Virus record (IMG/VR): IMGVR_UViG_3300012920_000037
Span: 1-62,365 of that record
DNA: 62,365 nucleotides
Source of the DNA: a virus
Lineage: Duplodnaviria > Caudoviricetes
Direction: 5' to 3' (one strand)
Made by a program: the position numbers and the translations under genes. The notes below the pieces were generated by a model. It was given only the letters and a program-made list of their open reading frames with translations, was not told the origin of the DNA and searched no databases. The first letter of the stretch is position 1, and each line of letters opens with the position of its first letter. Positions 24,851 through 34,606 of this stretch are shown here, piece after piece.

Positions 24851-27006
24851 TGTCAAAAGAATTTGGATGGGCATATGTTGTTGGATCCCAAGCCTCAGGG
24901 CCTAAAGGCTCCATTCAGATATCGGGAGATGCGACTAGGCTAGATCACGATCCAAATCTATTTTGGTCTGATGAGGACAACGCGCTCTTGGTTTCTGGTG
25001 ATATCGTTGCGCACAATTTCGAAATTCAAAACCAAACAAAAACAGTCTTTAACTTTGAAGTCTCGGGATCATCGATCTTCGGAGATACAGAAGATGACCT
25101 ACATCAGTTCACAGGATCTCTCGATATCACAGGGAACGTTACCGCTGTAAACTATTATGGTTGGGGTGGTGACCTCGATGGCGTACCTATTAATTATGCG
25201 ACAAACTTCGCAGACAACAGAATTGTTACCTCGGTTACTGGAGATACGGTTAATGCAGAGGAAAATCTGACGTTTGACGGTGCGCTCTTGAATGTATCCG
25301 GAGACATAAATGCTCTAGAGATAGACGCATCACAGTTCAGCGGTAGCATCGCACTCTTTGACTCTGCGGATATTGTGGACCTTGAAGCAACCGAGTTTAC
25401 CGATGGGACTTTATCGATCCAAACAGGGTCTATATCGAACGCTGATCACATTCAATCAACAACGATCGAGGGCTTATTGACTTCGCCATCTCAGACAAAC
25501 ATTACCGAGGTTGGCACATTAACGAGTCTCAATGTAGCAAATGATGCGACGATCAACGGAACCCTCTATGTAAAGACTGCTGACAATCGAGTTGGCGTGA
25601 ATGTCTCAGATCCTCAAGCAACGAATGAAATCTTATCACCAACAACTCAGTTGCGCCTCACAAGCCAAAGAGAGATGTTCGGCATACAAGATTTAGAATA
25701 TACCGACCTACACACAGACACAAATGGTAACTTCTCAATATCTCCGTCAAACAACTTGACAAACATTCTAGGCGACGCTGTTATAACTGGAGATCTGTTG
25801 GTGTCCGGAACGCTTAGCGCCAGAATAACGGACTTCAACGTTTCGGCAGACACCATGACTCTCGGAGATGAAGCGACAGATATTATCACTGTAAATGCTC
25901 AAACAATGAATGCTCCCAATAATCTGGAGATCAATAGTGTTCTTTTTGTCTCTGCATCCACAGTGGGAGTTGGATCATACTCTACAGCCAAATTTGGCGT
26001 AACATCACCTTCAAATCAACTAGAGCTTGGAAATGGAACTCAAAACCTATCTGTGAGCGTCACAAATGGCTCTACAAGCATTTTAACAAACAATTCGACC
26101 TTAGACATAGGCAATAACACAAACGTCCTTGGAGAGCTTGTGGTGGGCTCTAATGGCGATATAATTCTTGATAACGCAGGTCAAGTATCGGCATCTGTCT
26201 CTGTATCGTCAAACACGGGACACTTTACGAACATCACATCAACTATGATTACAAATGGTAATTCAATTATCAATAACGACAGCATTCAAACTCCAACTCT
26301 TGACGCACCAACAGTAAATTCTACAAACATTGTAGGTACACTTAACACCGCTACGCAGCCAAACATAACAAGTTTAGGGACGCTAACTTCACTTAATGTT
26401 GCAAATGCAGCAAACATCGGAGGACCCATAGCGGTAAACAAATCAAGTGCCGATCGGATGGTCGAGATCAAAGACTCAAACAATGCACAATTGAGATTGA
26501 CAAACTCGGAGTTTATCTTCGGTCTAGCAAATCACAATTATGTTGATCTCAATGCTAACTCCAGTGGCGATCTTGAGATTACCCCAGTGTCTGGTAAAGT
26601 AATAGTGCCCAATCTTAAATTGACCAACGTCCAACATGGTACATCAAACAACTTTCTGTCTGTAGATGCAAATGGAGACATTGTTATATGTCCACCATAT
26701 CAGACAGACATTGAAGTCAGAAACAGAACAGTTGTCACAGCAGACTATAACGTCGCAGTGAATGATTATTTTGTTGGCATTCAAGCTACACAGAATCTTG
26801 TAGTTACTTTACCTGATGCGTCTACTTTGTTCAATGGGCAGATCATGGTTATTAAAGACGAACTAGAAAACGCAAATCAATACACCATTCAGGTAGCAGC
26901 TCAGCCCAATCAGTTCATTGAAAATAGACAAAGTATAACCTTGTCTTCTCCCGGATCCGCCATTAATATATATTGCGATGGTACGTCCAAATTCTTTATT
27001 ATGTAA
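24850..27006 (+). CDS. fibre-like structural protein
   Basis: SGSSIFGD..DDLHQFTGS motif, duplicated QxNITxxGTLTSLNVAN unit, C-terminal VTLP..IKDE..YCDG domain. Confidence 0.75.
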   Translation: MSKEFGWAYVVGSQASGPKGSIQISGDATRLDHDPNLFWSDEDNALLVSGDIVAHNFEIQNQTKTVFNFEVSGSSIFGDTEDDLHQFTGSLDITGNVTAVNYYGWGGDLDGVPINYATNFADNRIVTSVTGDTVNAEENLTFDGALLNVSGDINALEIDASQFSGSIALFDSADIVDLEATEFTDGTLSIQTGSISNADHIQSTTIEGLLTSPSQTNITEVGTLTSLNVANDATINGTLYVKTADNRVGVNVSDPQATNEILSPTTQLRLTSQREMFGIQDLEYTDLHTDTNGNFSISPSNNLTNILGDAVITGDLLVSGTLSARITDFNVSADTMTLGDEATDIITVNAQTMNAPNNLEINSVLFVSASTVGVGSYSTAKFGVTSPSNQLELGNGTQNLSVSVTNGSTSILTNNSTLDIGNNTNVLGELVVGSNGDIILDNAGQVSASVSVSSNTGHFTNITSTMITNGNSIINNDSIQTPTLDAPTVNSTNIVGTLNTATQPNITSLGTLTSLNVANAANIGGPIAVNKSSADRMVEIKDSNNAQLRLTNSEFIFGLANHNYVDLNANSSGDLEITPVSGKVIVPNLKLTNVQHGTSNNFLSVDANGDIVICPPYQTDIEVRNRTVVTADYNVAVNDYFVGIQATQNLVVTLPDASTLFNGQIMVIKDELENANQYTIQVAAQPNQFIENRQSITLSSPGSAINIYCDGTSKFFIM

Positions 27007-27189
27007 CACTTCTACAATGCCGGTAGCACCGACTTTATAGAGTTTTTTTATTTTTTTTTGACGTTTGAGATCCTAAAGACTAAACTACTCATTTTTTATT
27101 GTCTTTTGGGATTGCCGGGTAGTAGTTAGGGATACTCTCGAGACCTCATAGGTTTCGATTGTTTTAAACACATTATTGGAGGAAATATA

Positions 27190-29769
27190 ATGTCTAAATT
27201 TGTAACTGGAGTTTTTAAACTTGATCAACAAGTAACATTGTTTGACATGTCCGAAATGGTCCCGGGCACCCTTGAACTTCCAGGTGATGCAGTTAAAGAG
27301 TTGTCTCAACTCTCTTCTGACGTTTTACTTGGTCTTGGACTTGAACCACAAGTTGGTGGTGGAAAAATTGTTCGTGAATCTCACTTGAAAATCGTTGAGT
27401 CTGAATTGGAAGCTGAAATAGCTCGTATTGACGGTGAATTGGCTAGTGAAATTGCACGCGCTCAAGCTGCTGAATCTACAAACGCTACTGCTATCTCTAA
27501 TGAAGCAGTTCGTGCACAAGCTGCTGAAGCCTCTCTTCAAGGTGAAATCGATGCTGAAGAAACCCTTCGTGCTTCTGAAATCACTCGCGTAGAAGGTCTT
27601 GTATCTTCTGAAGAAGCATCTCGTATTGCTGCTGTATCTTCTGAAGCTACTGCACGTCAAGGTGCGGATACTACTCTTCAAGGCAACATTGATGCTCTTT
27701 CTGGTGCTGTTGCTTCTGACTTCTCTGCTATGGAAGCTGCTTTTGTAGCTGACTTGGCTGCTGAAGAAGCTGCACGTCAAGCTGCTGATGCTGGTCTTTC
27801 TGGTGAATTGGCTACTGAAAGAGGTCGTATCGACGCTATGTTGTCTGGATCTTCTGTTGATCTTGATCAATTGATTGAACTTGTTGACGCTTATGAATTG
27901 GCTGATACTAACATCATTAGTTCTATCACTACGTTGCAAGGCGACCTTGCTACTGAAATCACTAACCGTGAAGCTGATGTAGACGCAGAAGAAGTTCGCG
28001 CTTTGGCTGCTGAAGCTGTATTGGCTGGTAATATCGCTAATGAAGAAGCGGCACGTATTGCTGCTGATGGTACTGCGACCACTGATCGCGCTGCTATCCG
28101 TTCTGAGTTTGCTGCTGCTGACTCTTCTGAACAAGCTGCTCGTGTTGCTGCTGACAACGTTCTTCAGGGCAACATTGATTCTGAAGCTGCTTCTCGTCTT
28201 GCTGCTGACCAAGGTCTTCAAGCAAATATCGATTCTGAAGCTGCTACTCGCGCTGCTGCTGATAACGCTTTGACTAGCGATCTTAGCACTTTGGCTGATG
28301 AATTGTCTGCTGAAGAAGCATCTCGTATTGCTGGTGATAACGCTCTTCAAGCAAATATCGATGCTGAAGAATCTGCTCGTCAAGCCGCAGATACTACATT
28401 AACTACTAACTTGAACTCAGAGATCGCTCGTGCACAAGCTGCCGAAGCTACTCTTCAAGGTAACATTGATGCAGAAGAAACTGCTCGTATTGCTGCTGTT
28501 GCTGCTGAAAATGCTGCTATGCTTGCTGCTGTTGCGGTTGTACAAGCTGATGTAGATCAAAATGAATCTGATGCTGATGCTGCTTTCGCTGCAGAAGAAG
28601 CCGCTCGTATTTCTGGAGACACTACTCTTCAAGGTAACATTGATGCTCTTTCTGGTGCTGTAGAAGCTGATTTCGCTGCTATGGAAGCTGCTTTTGTAGC
28701 TGACTTGGCTACTCTTCAAGCTGATGTAGATCAGAATGAATCTGATGCTGATGCTGGTATCGCTGCTGTTGCTGCTGATCTTGCATCTTACGAAGCTTCT
28801 AATGACGCTGCTTTGGCTCAAGAAGTTACTGATCGTACTGCTGCTGTTTCTGCAGAAGCTGCTTCTCGTCTTGCTGCTGACCAAGGTCTTCAAGCACAGA
28901 TTGACAACATCATCTCTAACACTGATCCAGCTGCTTTGGATTCTATGACTGAGATCGTTGCTGCTTTCCAAGCTGAAGATGGTAACTTGCAAAACTCAAT
29001 CACTACTTTGGCTGCGAATCAAACTTCTGCTTTGAATGCATTGTCTGGTGCTGTAGCTGCTGACTTTGCTGCTATGGAAGCATCTATGGTTGCTGACTTG
29101 GCTGCTCTTCAAGCTGACGTTGATGGTAACGAAGCTGATGGTGATACTGATCGTGCCTTGATTCGTACTGAATTTGCTGCTGCTGATGCAGCTCTTGAAA
29201 GTGATTTGGATGACGAAATTGCTCGTGCTTTGGCTGCTGAAGCTGTTTTGGCTGCTTCTGTTGCTTCAGAAGAAGCTACTCGCCAAGCTGCTGATACTAC
29301 CCTTCAAGGCAACATTGATGCTCTTTCTGGTGCAGTAGCTGCTGACTTCTCTGCTCTTGAGACTGATTTCACTTCTGAAATTGCTTCTCTTCAAGCTGAT
29401 GTTGATCAAAATGAAGCTGACGCTGACGCTGCGATTGCTGGAGAAATCTCTCGTGCACAGACTGAAGAAGCTCGTATCGAAGCTAAGCATGACGCACACT
29501 TTGATGGTTTCATCAAGCTTGCTTTCTTGACTGAGGCTGACGCTGTAATGGGTCTTGCTACTCACTACATAGTTAATGCATCTTCCGCTAAGACGTTTGC
29601 TTTCCCAGCTATCGCTGATGAGCACTTCTTCATGGTCAAGGTTGCAGCTGGTTCTAACCCTGTTGAGTTCACTGGTAACATTAACGGTGACGCAGACAAC
29701 TCAATCACAGTGCACCCAGGTGCTTCTGTAATGGTTGTTTCTCACGGTGGTGAATTGTACTTGTTCTAA
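27190..29769 (+). CDS. long Ala/Asp/Glu-rich coiled-coil fibre protein
   Basis: E-x-x-x-R-x-A-A-D and LQxNIDxE repeats; strong GCT/GAA codon bias; GGAGG RBS. Confidence 0.85.
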   Translation: MSKFVTGVFKLDQQVTLFDMSEMVPGTLELPGDAVKELSQLSSDVLLGLGLEPQVGGGKIVRESHLKIVESELEAEIARIDGELASEIARAQAAESTNATAISNEAVRAQAAEASLQGEIDAEETLRASEITRVEGLVSSEEASRIAAVSSEATARQGADTTLQGNIDALSGAVASDFSAMEAAFVADLAAEEAARQAADAGLSGELATERGRIDAMLSGSSVDLDQLIELVDAYELADTNIISSITTLQGDLATEITNREADVDAEEVRALAAEAVLAGNIANEEAARIAADGTATTDRAAIRSEFAAADSSEQAARVAADNVLQGNIDSEAASRLAADQGLQANIDSEAATRAAADNALTSDLSTLADELSAEEASRIAGDNALQANIDAEESARQAADTTLTTNLNSEIARAQAAEATLQGNIDAEETARIAAVAAENAAMLAAVAVVQADVDQNESDADAAFAAEEAARISGDTTLQGNIDALSGAVEADFAAMEAAFVADLATLQADVDQNESDADAGIAAVAADLASYEASNDAALAQEVTDRTAAVSAEAASRLAADQGLQAQIDNIISNTDPAALDSMTEIVAAFQAEDGNLQNSITTLAANQTSALNALSGAVAADFAAMEASMVADLAALQADVDGNEADGDTDRALIRTEFAAADAALESDLDDEIARALAAEAVLAASVASEEATRQAADTTLQGNIDALSGAVAADFSALETDFTSEIASLQADVDQNEADADAAIAGEISRAQTEEARIEAKHDAHFDGFIKLAFLTEADAVMGLATHYIVNASSAKTFAFPAIADEHFFMVKVAAGSNPVEFTGNINGDADNSITVHPGASVMVVSHGGELYLF
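27650..29420 (+). repeat. internal direct repeats of fibre gene
   Basis: TTLQGNIDALSGAVxxDFxA unit at about 27670, 28621 and 29296, nearly identical at DNA level; QADVDQNExDADA three times. Confidence 0.8.
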
Positions 29770-29813
29770 TCTATTGATTAGCTAAGTGCTAATGCCTTAG
29801 AGGTATTGACCTT

Positions 29814-29844
29814 GGGCCTCGGGGATTTCTTCGAGGCCCTTTTT
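29814..29844 (+). terminator. rho-independent terminator
   Basis: GGGCCTCG...CGAGGCCC then T5. Confidence 0.8.
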
Positions 29845-29874
29845 ATTATAAAACACATTTTTGGAGGATTAAAA

Positions 29875-30276
29875 ATGTCAATAACAAAATATACAGCCGG
29901 AACTTCGGCACCTGATGGCTCTTCTGTTGGCGTATCGCCTGGTGCATCTCACAATACAGCGATCTGCATTGGTTTTACTGATGTTGGAGTCTATGGAAAA
30001 AATGGAGCAACTTGGGAACTTGTTGGCTCTACTAGTAGCGATGACAAAGTTGTTTTCGTTCCTTTCGAAACATACTCAGAGGTTTTCTTTAAGTCTGAAT
30101 CTGGGCAAGAAGAAACTGTACGTGTGGTATTCATGGAGGACTCTTTGATTAAAGCCGCTGCACCAGCTCCCGCATCTGTAAGCGAGATCAGTGATGTTCC
30201 AGCTTTCACCTCAGCTGACGCCGGTAAGATTCTTTCAGTTGACGCTGGTGGGAATCTTGTTTGGATCACACGATAA
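29875..30276 (+). CDS. putative structural protein
   Basis: start 29875 after GGAGG; paralog of N-terminal half of next gene (DVP..TxxDxGKxL..DxxGxLxW). Confidence 0.7.
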   Translation: MSITKYTAGTSAPDGSSVGVSPGASHNTAICIGFTDVGVYGKNGATWELVGSTSSDDKVVFVPFETYSEVFFKSESGQEETVRVVFMEDSLIKAAAPAPASVSEISDVPAFTSADAGKILSVDAGGNLVWITR

Positions 30277-30290
30277 CGGAGGATCTAGAT

Positions 30291-31433
30291 ATGAAAAAAC
30301 AAAAATTTATGAAACTGACCGCTCACACAGCAGAACCAGACTTGGCCAATTCGTTTGCTTTCCCAGCTACTCACAATGCTGAGATTTCAATCGTGTTTGG
30401 AGGAAAAGATATTTCCGTTCATGGGTACGATGGTTCAGTTTGGACGACACTTCATACTTGGGATGGCGAATCTGATCAATTTACAGCAGATAATTGGGTA
30501 CATGAGTATACAAACTTTTATCTCAAATCATTGACCGGGTCCGATGAAACTATTCGAGTCTCTTTCTTTTCCGCAGAAAAATATCAAGGATCCACACCTT
30601 CTTTAGCCGGCATTAATCGCGATGTAAAGCTTTATGATGTTGATGAGGTTCCAATTTATACTGCATCTGATGATGGTAAATTTCTTACTATCCGCTCTGA
30701 CGGCTCTTTGGCTTGGCTTGCTGCGAATGAATCTTTCATAGTGGCTCCTGAGGGCGGAGATGAAGGCGGAGGTAACGCCCCACCTCAAGCTAACTTCCTA
30801 GAAGAGCTTGATAGGTTTAATTTTACTAATGGAATAATTAACGACAATGGGTCCGGACAAGGACACAGAGCGAGGTTCAATTTGGACACAGACAACATCA
30901 TTGCCTATGGCGGAGATGGACAGCCTGTGGAAGAAGAGTTTACTATCTCTTGGTGGATGTACATTAATTCTAATCAAGATGCTGGAAATATTAGTCTCTT
31001 TGGAAGATATGACCCACCAGCGGATAGATTCGCATGCTCACTTGGTGGGAACTTAAGTTCAAATATACACTTCCCAACTTACATAGGTACTCAAGTCATG
31101 TTCAATTCTAATACTGGAATTGGCGTTGCTGACCAGTGGGTTCATGTGGCCTATACATGCAAGTCAAATGGATCTAATCTCATACTTAGTCTTTATGTAA
31201 ATGGAAATAAACTTAATAGAACTAAATCCTTTCCTTTGGGAACTAAGCTTCTTCCTAGTGCTTCAAATGCTGAGATTTCTATTGGTGGTAGCGGAATGTC
31301 GGGCAAATCTGCAAAAGGACAATTCGATTCAATTCAAATTGAAGACGGTATTGCTCTAACAGATGCTCAGGTTGCTGCCATTGCTGCTCAAACAGATCGT
31401 CAAATGGGAATTGAAGCTGCTTCTTTGCTTTAA
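30291..31433 (+). CDS. structural protein with C-terminal LamG-like domain
   Basis: start 30291 after GGAGG; FTISWW, WVHVAYT, LYVNG motifs. Confidence 0.75.
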   Translation: MKKQKFMKLTAHTAEPDLANSFAFPATHNAEISIVFGGKDISVHGYDGSVWTTLHTWDGESDQFTADNWVHEYTNFYLKSLTGSDETIRVSFFSAEKYQGSTPSLAGINRDVKLYDVDEVPIYTASDDGKFLTIRSDGSLAWLAANESFIVAPEGGDEGGGNAPPQANFLEELDRFNFTNGIINDNGSGQGHRARFNLDTDNIIAYGGDGQPVEEEFTISWWMYINSNQDAGNISLFGRYDPPADRFACSLGGNLSSNIHFPTYIGTQVMFNSNTGIGVADQWVHVAYTCKSNGSNLILSLYVNGNKLNRTKSFPLGTKLLPSASNAEISIGGSGMSGKSAKGQFDSIQIEDGIALTDAQVAAIAAQTDRQMGIEAASLL

Positions 31434-31462
31434 TTTAAAACAAACATTTGTTGAACTACATT

Positions 31463-31491
31463 CCCTCACGCCTTTGGTGTGGGGGTTTTTT
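31463..31491 (+). terminator. rho-independent terminator
   Basis: CCCTCACGCC-TTT-GGTGTGGGGG then T-run. Confidence 0.75.
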
Positions 31492-31521
31492 CTTTTTAAG
31501 GCTTCTTTTGTACTTTAAAAT

Positions 31522-31537
31522 CTATTTACACTATTTA
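31522..31537 (+). promoter_or_regulatory. tandem putative late promoter motifs CTATTTA x2
   Basis: two copies directly after terminator and before scaffold/capsid operon. Confidence 0.65.
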
Positions 31538-31568
31538 TTGGAGAAAAACAAAAATGGGAGATGATTTA

Positions 31569-32720
31569 ATGTCCAACATGCTAGAACAGGCAATTGCCGA
31601 TGCCGCCGCACTTAGAGAGCAAGCTATCAAAAACGCAGAACAATCAGTTCTTGACAAGTATTCGAAGCAGATCAAGGAAGCGGTTGATCAGATGCTTGAA
31701 ATGGATGATGCTCCATCAAGAGCGGATGAAATGATTGCCGAAGCAGAAGAAGAGATTATGCAAGAAGAAGAAGGTGGGATGGCTGCCGCAGCACCTGCTG
31801 GTGAATCTGCGACGATTGAAGCTCCTGCTGCTTATGATTCTCGCCCAGGTTCTGAAGATGTATACGTCAGAATGTCTGCAATGCTTGACAACCTTCCATT
31901 TGATGAAAACGACGAAATTGAACTTGACTTCGGAGATCTTGACCCAGAACCAATCGACCTCTCACAAGGCGCAGAAAGCGCCTCAGGCGATCTTGGCGGC
32001 TTAGATATGGGTACACCTGACGACGCTGCTGGAGACGATCTGGGTGGAGATTTGGACCTTGGAGGAGATGATTTGGGTGGAGACGATGATCTCGACCTTC
32101 AACTTCAAGAAGTCCTCAATATGCTCGAGGAAGAAGTTGATACTCTAGAAGAAGCAACCACTGTTTATTACGACCCAGAATCTGACGCAACAGGAGTCTG
32201 GAGACACAATCGATCTCGAGAAGAGTTCAACGCAGACATGGGAAAACTACTTTACGACGAAGAAGAGTCTGAGTCCGAAGAAGATGAAGACACTACAGGT
32301 CAAGTTAACGAATTACATGAGACAATAGATTCTCTGACGCAACAAAACTCACAATTAGAGCGCGTCCTTACCAAGTTGGAGGTCCACCTTGAGGAGTCTT
32401 TATTGTCAAACGCAAAACTTTTATATCAAAACCGCACACTAGCTGATGCCTCCCTGAATGAGCGACAAAAATCTAAAATTGTCGAAGCCATCGCAAATGC
32501 GGAGTCTCCGAAGGAAGCTAAAAAACTTCATGAGACGCTCAAAGCTACAGTGGGATCGACGCCTAACAGCAAAAAAGGTCCACAATCACTGAGCGAGTCG
32601 GTCAATCGACGTTCGAACTTAAGTTCTATGTTGAATTCGAGACAAAACATTAACGAAAGCAAGCAAAGCGCTGATCCTTTTAAGGAAAAGATGCAGAAGC
32701 TTGCAGGCATAAAAAAATAA
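31569..32720 (+). CDS. prohead core scaffold protein (gp22-like)
   Basis: very acidic; AIADAAALREQA start, LSNAKLLY, KMQKLAGI end; directly upstream of MCP; alternative start 31554. Confidence 0.8.
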   Translation: MSNMLEQAIADAAALREQAIKNAEQSVLDKYSKQIKEAVDQMLEMDDAPSRADEMIAEAEEEIMQEEEGGMAAAAPAGESATIEAPAAYDSRPGSEDVYVRMSAMLDNLPFDENDEIELDFGDLDPEPIDLSQGAESASGDLGGLDMGTPDDAAGDDLGGDLDLGGDDLGGDDDLDLQLQEVLNMLEEEVDTLEEATTVYYDPESDATGVWRHNRSREEFNADMGKLLYDEEESESEEDEDTTGQVNELHETIDSLTQQNSQLERVLTKLEVHLEESLLSNAKLLYQNRTLADASLNERQKSKIVEAIANAESPKEAKKLHETLKATVGSTPNSKKGPQSLSESVNRRSNLSSMLNSRQNINESKQSADPFKEKMQKLAGIKK

Positions 32721-32737
32721 TTTAAGGAGATTTTACA

Positions 32738-34498
32738 ATGTCTATTATCGAAACTCTTACAGAAGGGATGGTACAACGCAATATGCAACAAGAAGGTGCC
32801 GCTCTTTTGAACAAGTGGACCAATACTGGTCTTCTTGAAGGTTTGTCTGATGACAACCAAAAAGCTTCAATGGCTCGTCTATTGGAGAACCAAGCTCGCG
32901 AACTTCTTCGTGAGTCTAACACAATGGCTGGTGGAAACATTGAAGGTTTCGCTGCTGTTGCATTCCCAATCGTTCGTCGTGTATTCGCTGGATTGATTGC
33001 GAACGACTTGGTTTCTGTACAACCAATGTCTCTTCCATCTGGATTGATCTTCTTCCTCGATTTCTCTTTTGGTGAAAACGTTGGAGACGGTGGTGATGCT
33101 GGTACTCGTTTGGGTCAAGCTTCTGGATCTTCCATCTATGGTCAAGGAATCCTTGCATCACAAGTAACTGGTGGGGTTGTCTTAGATTCTGCTAACTTGG
33201 ATGGTCAACCATATGCATTCGGTTCTGCCTATACTTCACCTACTGGTACAATTGCAACCAGTGGTCTCACTGTTAACGCAGCAGTTACTGCTGGTCTCAA
33301 AGGTGAAGCAATCGCAGCCAACTTGCTGAACGGTACAAGTCTTGTTGGAGATGCCGTTGATAGCAACGAAGCAGTTGGCTCTTTGATTGGGTGGGATCCT
33401 GATCTTTTGGTAGAGCACAGTGGATCTGGATTAAAGGTTATGAGTGTTGACTTCTCAACTATTACAGACTTTAACGAAGATCATTTGTCTCAAATCATTC
33501 TTCCTTTCTCTGGTGCTACAGATGGTCAAGATGATTCTGTTCAAGTTCGTCGTTTAACCAAAGAAGATCCTAACAACGCTGGTTCTTTGTTGTTCTTCTA
33601 CGTAAGACCTGCTGGTGCATTCAATACCCCTTCCGAACGCGACCACGACGCTGGTTCTTACGAGAAGCGCGATCAATACGGTCCTGGTGGTGTTGATATC
33701 GGTTCAATCCTCACCACAGCAATGCAATTGGAAGCAGAAACCAACATTCCAGAGATCGACATCAAGGTTGACTCAATCGCAATCACAGCGACAACCAAGA
33801 AGTTGAAAGCAAAGTGGACTCCAGAATTGGGTCAAGACTTGAACGCTTACCACAACTTGGATGCTGAGGTTGAATTGACTTCTATCCTCTCTGAGCAAAT
33901 CGCTCTTGAAATCGATCGTGAAATCTTGGCTGACCTTGTAAACGGTGCTACTGCTGGTACTTTCTACTGGTCTCGTTCACCTGGTTTGTTTGTAAACCGT
34001 GCAACTGGTTTGGAAATTGGTGCTCAGGCTGCTGCTCCTGACTTCACCGGTACTGTATCTGAATGGTACGAAACTTTGATCGAAACTATCAATGATGTTT
34101 CTGCACAAATCCATCGTAAGACTTTGCGTGGTGGTGCTAACTTTGTTGTTGTTTCTCCTGAAGTTGCAAACGTTCTTGAGTTCACTGCTGGTTTCCGTGC
34201 AAACGTTACTGCTGATGCAGACAAAGGAGACATCGGCGCTGTTAAGGTTGGTTCTTTGAACCGTAAGTTCGACGTTATCGTTGATCCTTACTTCCCACGT
34301 AACGCTCTCTTGGTTGGACGTAAAGGTTCTTCTTTCTTAGAGTCTGGTTATGTTTACGCACCTTATGTGCCTCTCCAAACTACACCGACCATCTTCGGAC
34401 CTGAAGACTTCGTTCCTCGTAAGGGTGTTATGACTCGCTACGGTAAGAAAATGGTACGTCCTGATATGTACGGTTTGGTTATCGTTCGCGATCTATAA
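32738..34498 (+). CDS. major capsid protein (T4 gp23-like)
   Basis: ARLLENQ, VSVQPMSLPSGLIF, KLKAKWTPELGQDLNAYH, YAPYVPL, GVMTRYG. Confidence 0.97.
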   Translation: MSIIETLTEGMVQRNMQQEGAALLNKWTNTGLLEGLSDDNQKASMARLLENQARELLRESNTMAGGNIEGFAAVAFPIVRRVFAGLIANDLVSVQPMSLPSGLIFFLDFSFGENVGDGGDAGTRLGQASGSSIYGQGILASQVTGGVVLDSANLDGQPYAFGSAYTSPTGTIATSGLTVNAAVTAGLKGEAIAANLLNGTSLVGDAVDSNEAVGSLIGWDPDLLVEHSGSGLKVMSVDFSTITDFNEDHLSQIILPFSGATDGQDDSVQVRRLTKEDPNNAGSLLFFYVRPAGAFNTPSERDHDAGSYEKRDQYGPGGVDIGSILTTAMQLEAETNIPEIDIKVDSIAITATTKKLKAKWTPELGQDLNAYHNLDAEVELTSILSEQIALEIDREILADLVNGATAGTFYWSRSPGLFVNRATGLEIGAQAAAPDFTGTVSEWYETLIETINDVSAQIHRKTLRGGANFVVVSPEVANVLEFTAGFRANVTADADKGDIGAVKVGSLNRKFDVIVDPYFPRNALLVGRKGSSFLESGYVYAPYVPLQTTPTIFGPEDFVPRKGVMTRYGKKMVRPDMYGLVIVRDL

Positions 34499-34522
34499 TC
34501 TAGCACACTTTCTAGGTAAATT

Positions 34523-34551
34523 AGCTCTGGGTTTCGGCCCAGAGCTTTTTT
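34523..34551 (+). terminator. rho-independent terminator
   Basis: AGCTCTGGGT-TTCG-GCCCAGAGCT then T-run. Confidence 0.9.
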
Positions 34552-34571
34552 GTTTTTAGGCATTAAGCATA

Positions 34572-34578
34572 CTATTTA
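34572..34578 (+). promoter_or_regulatory. putative late promoter motif CTATTTA
   Basis: after terminator, 28 nt before ATG 34607. Confidence 0.65.
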
Positions 34579-34606
34579 CTGAGAACATTTACCATGGAGA
34601 CATTCG

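Noticed and set aside
27325-29625. Long minus-strand ORFs (352, 191, 119 aa) opposite the fibre gene
   Set aside because: Ser-rich shadows of the GCT/GAA-biased repeat gene; no RBS or promoter; same applies to the other minus-strand ORFs in the track
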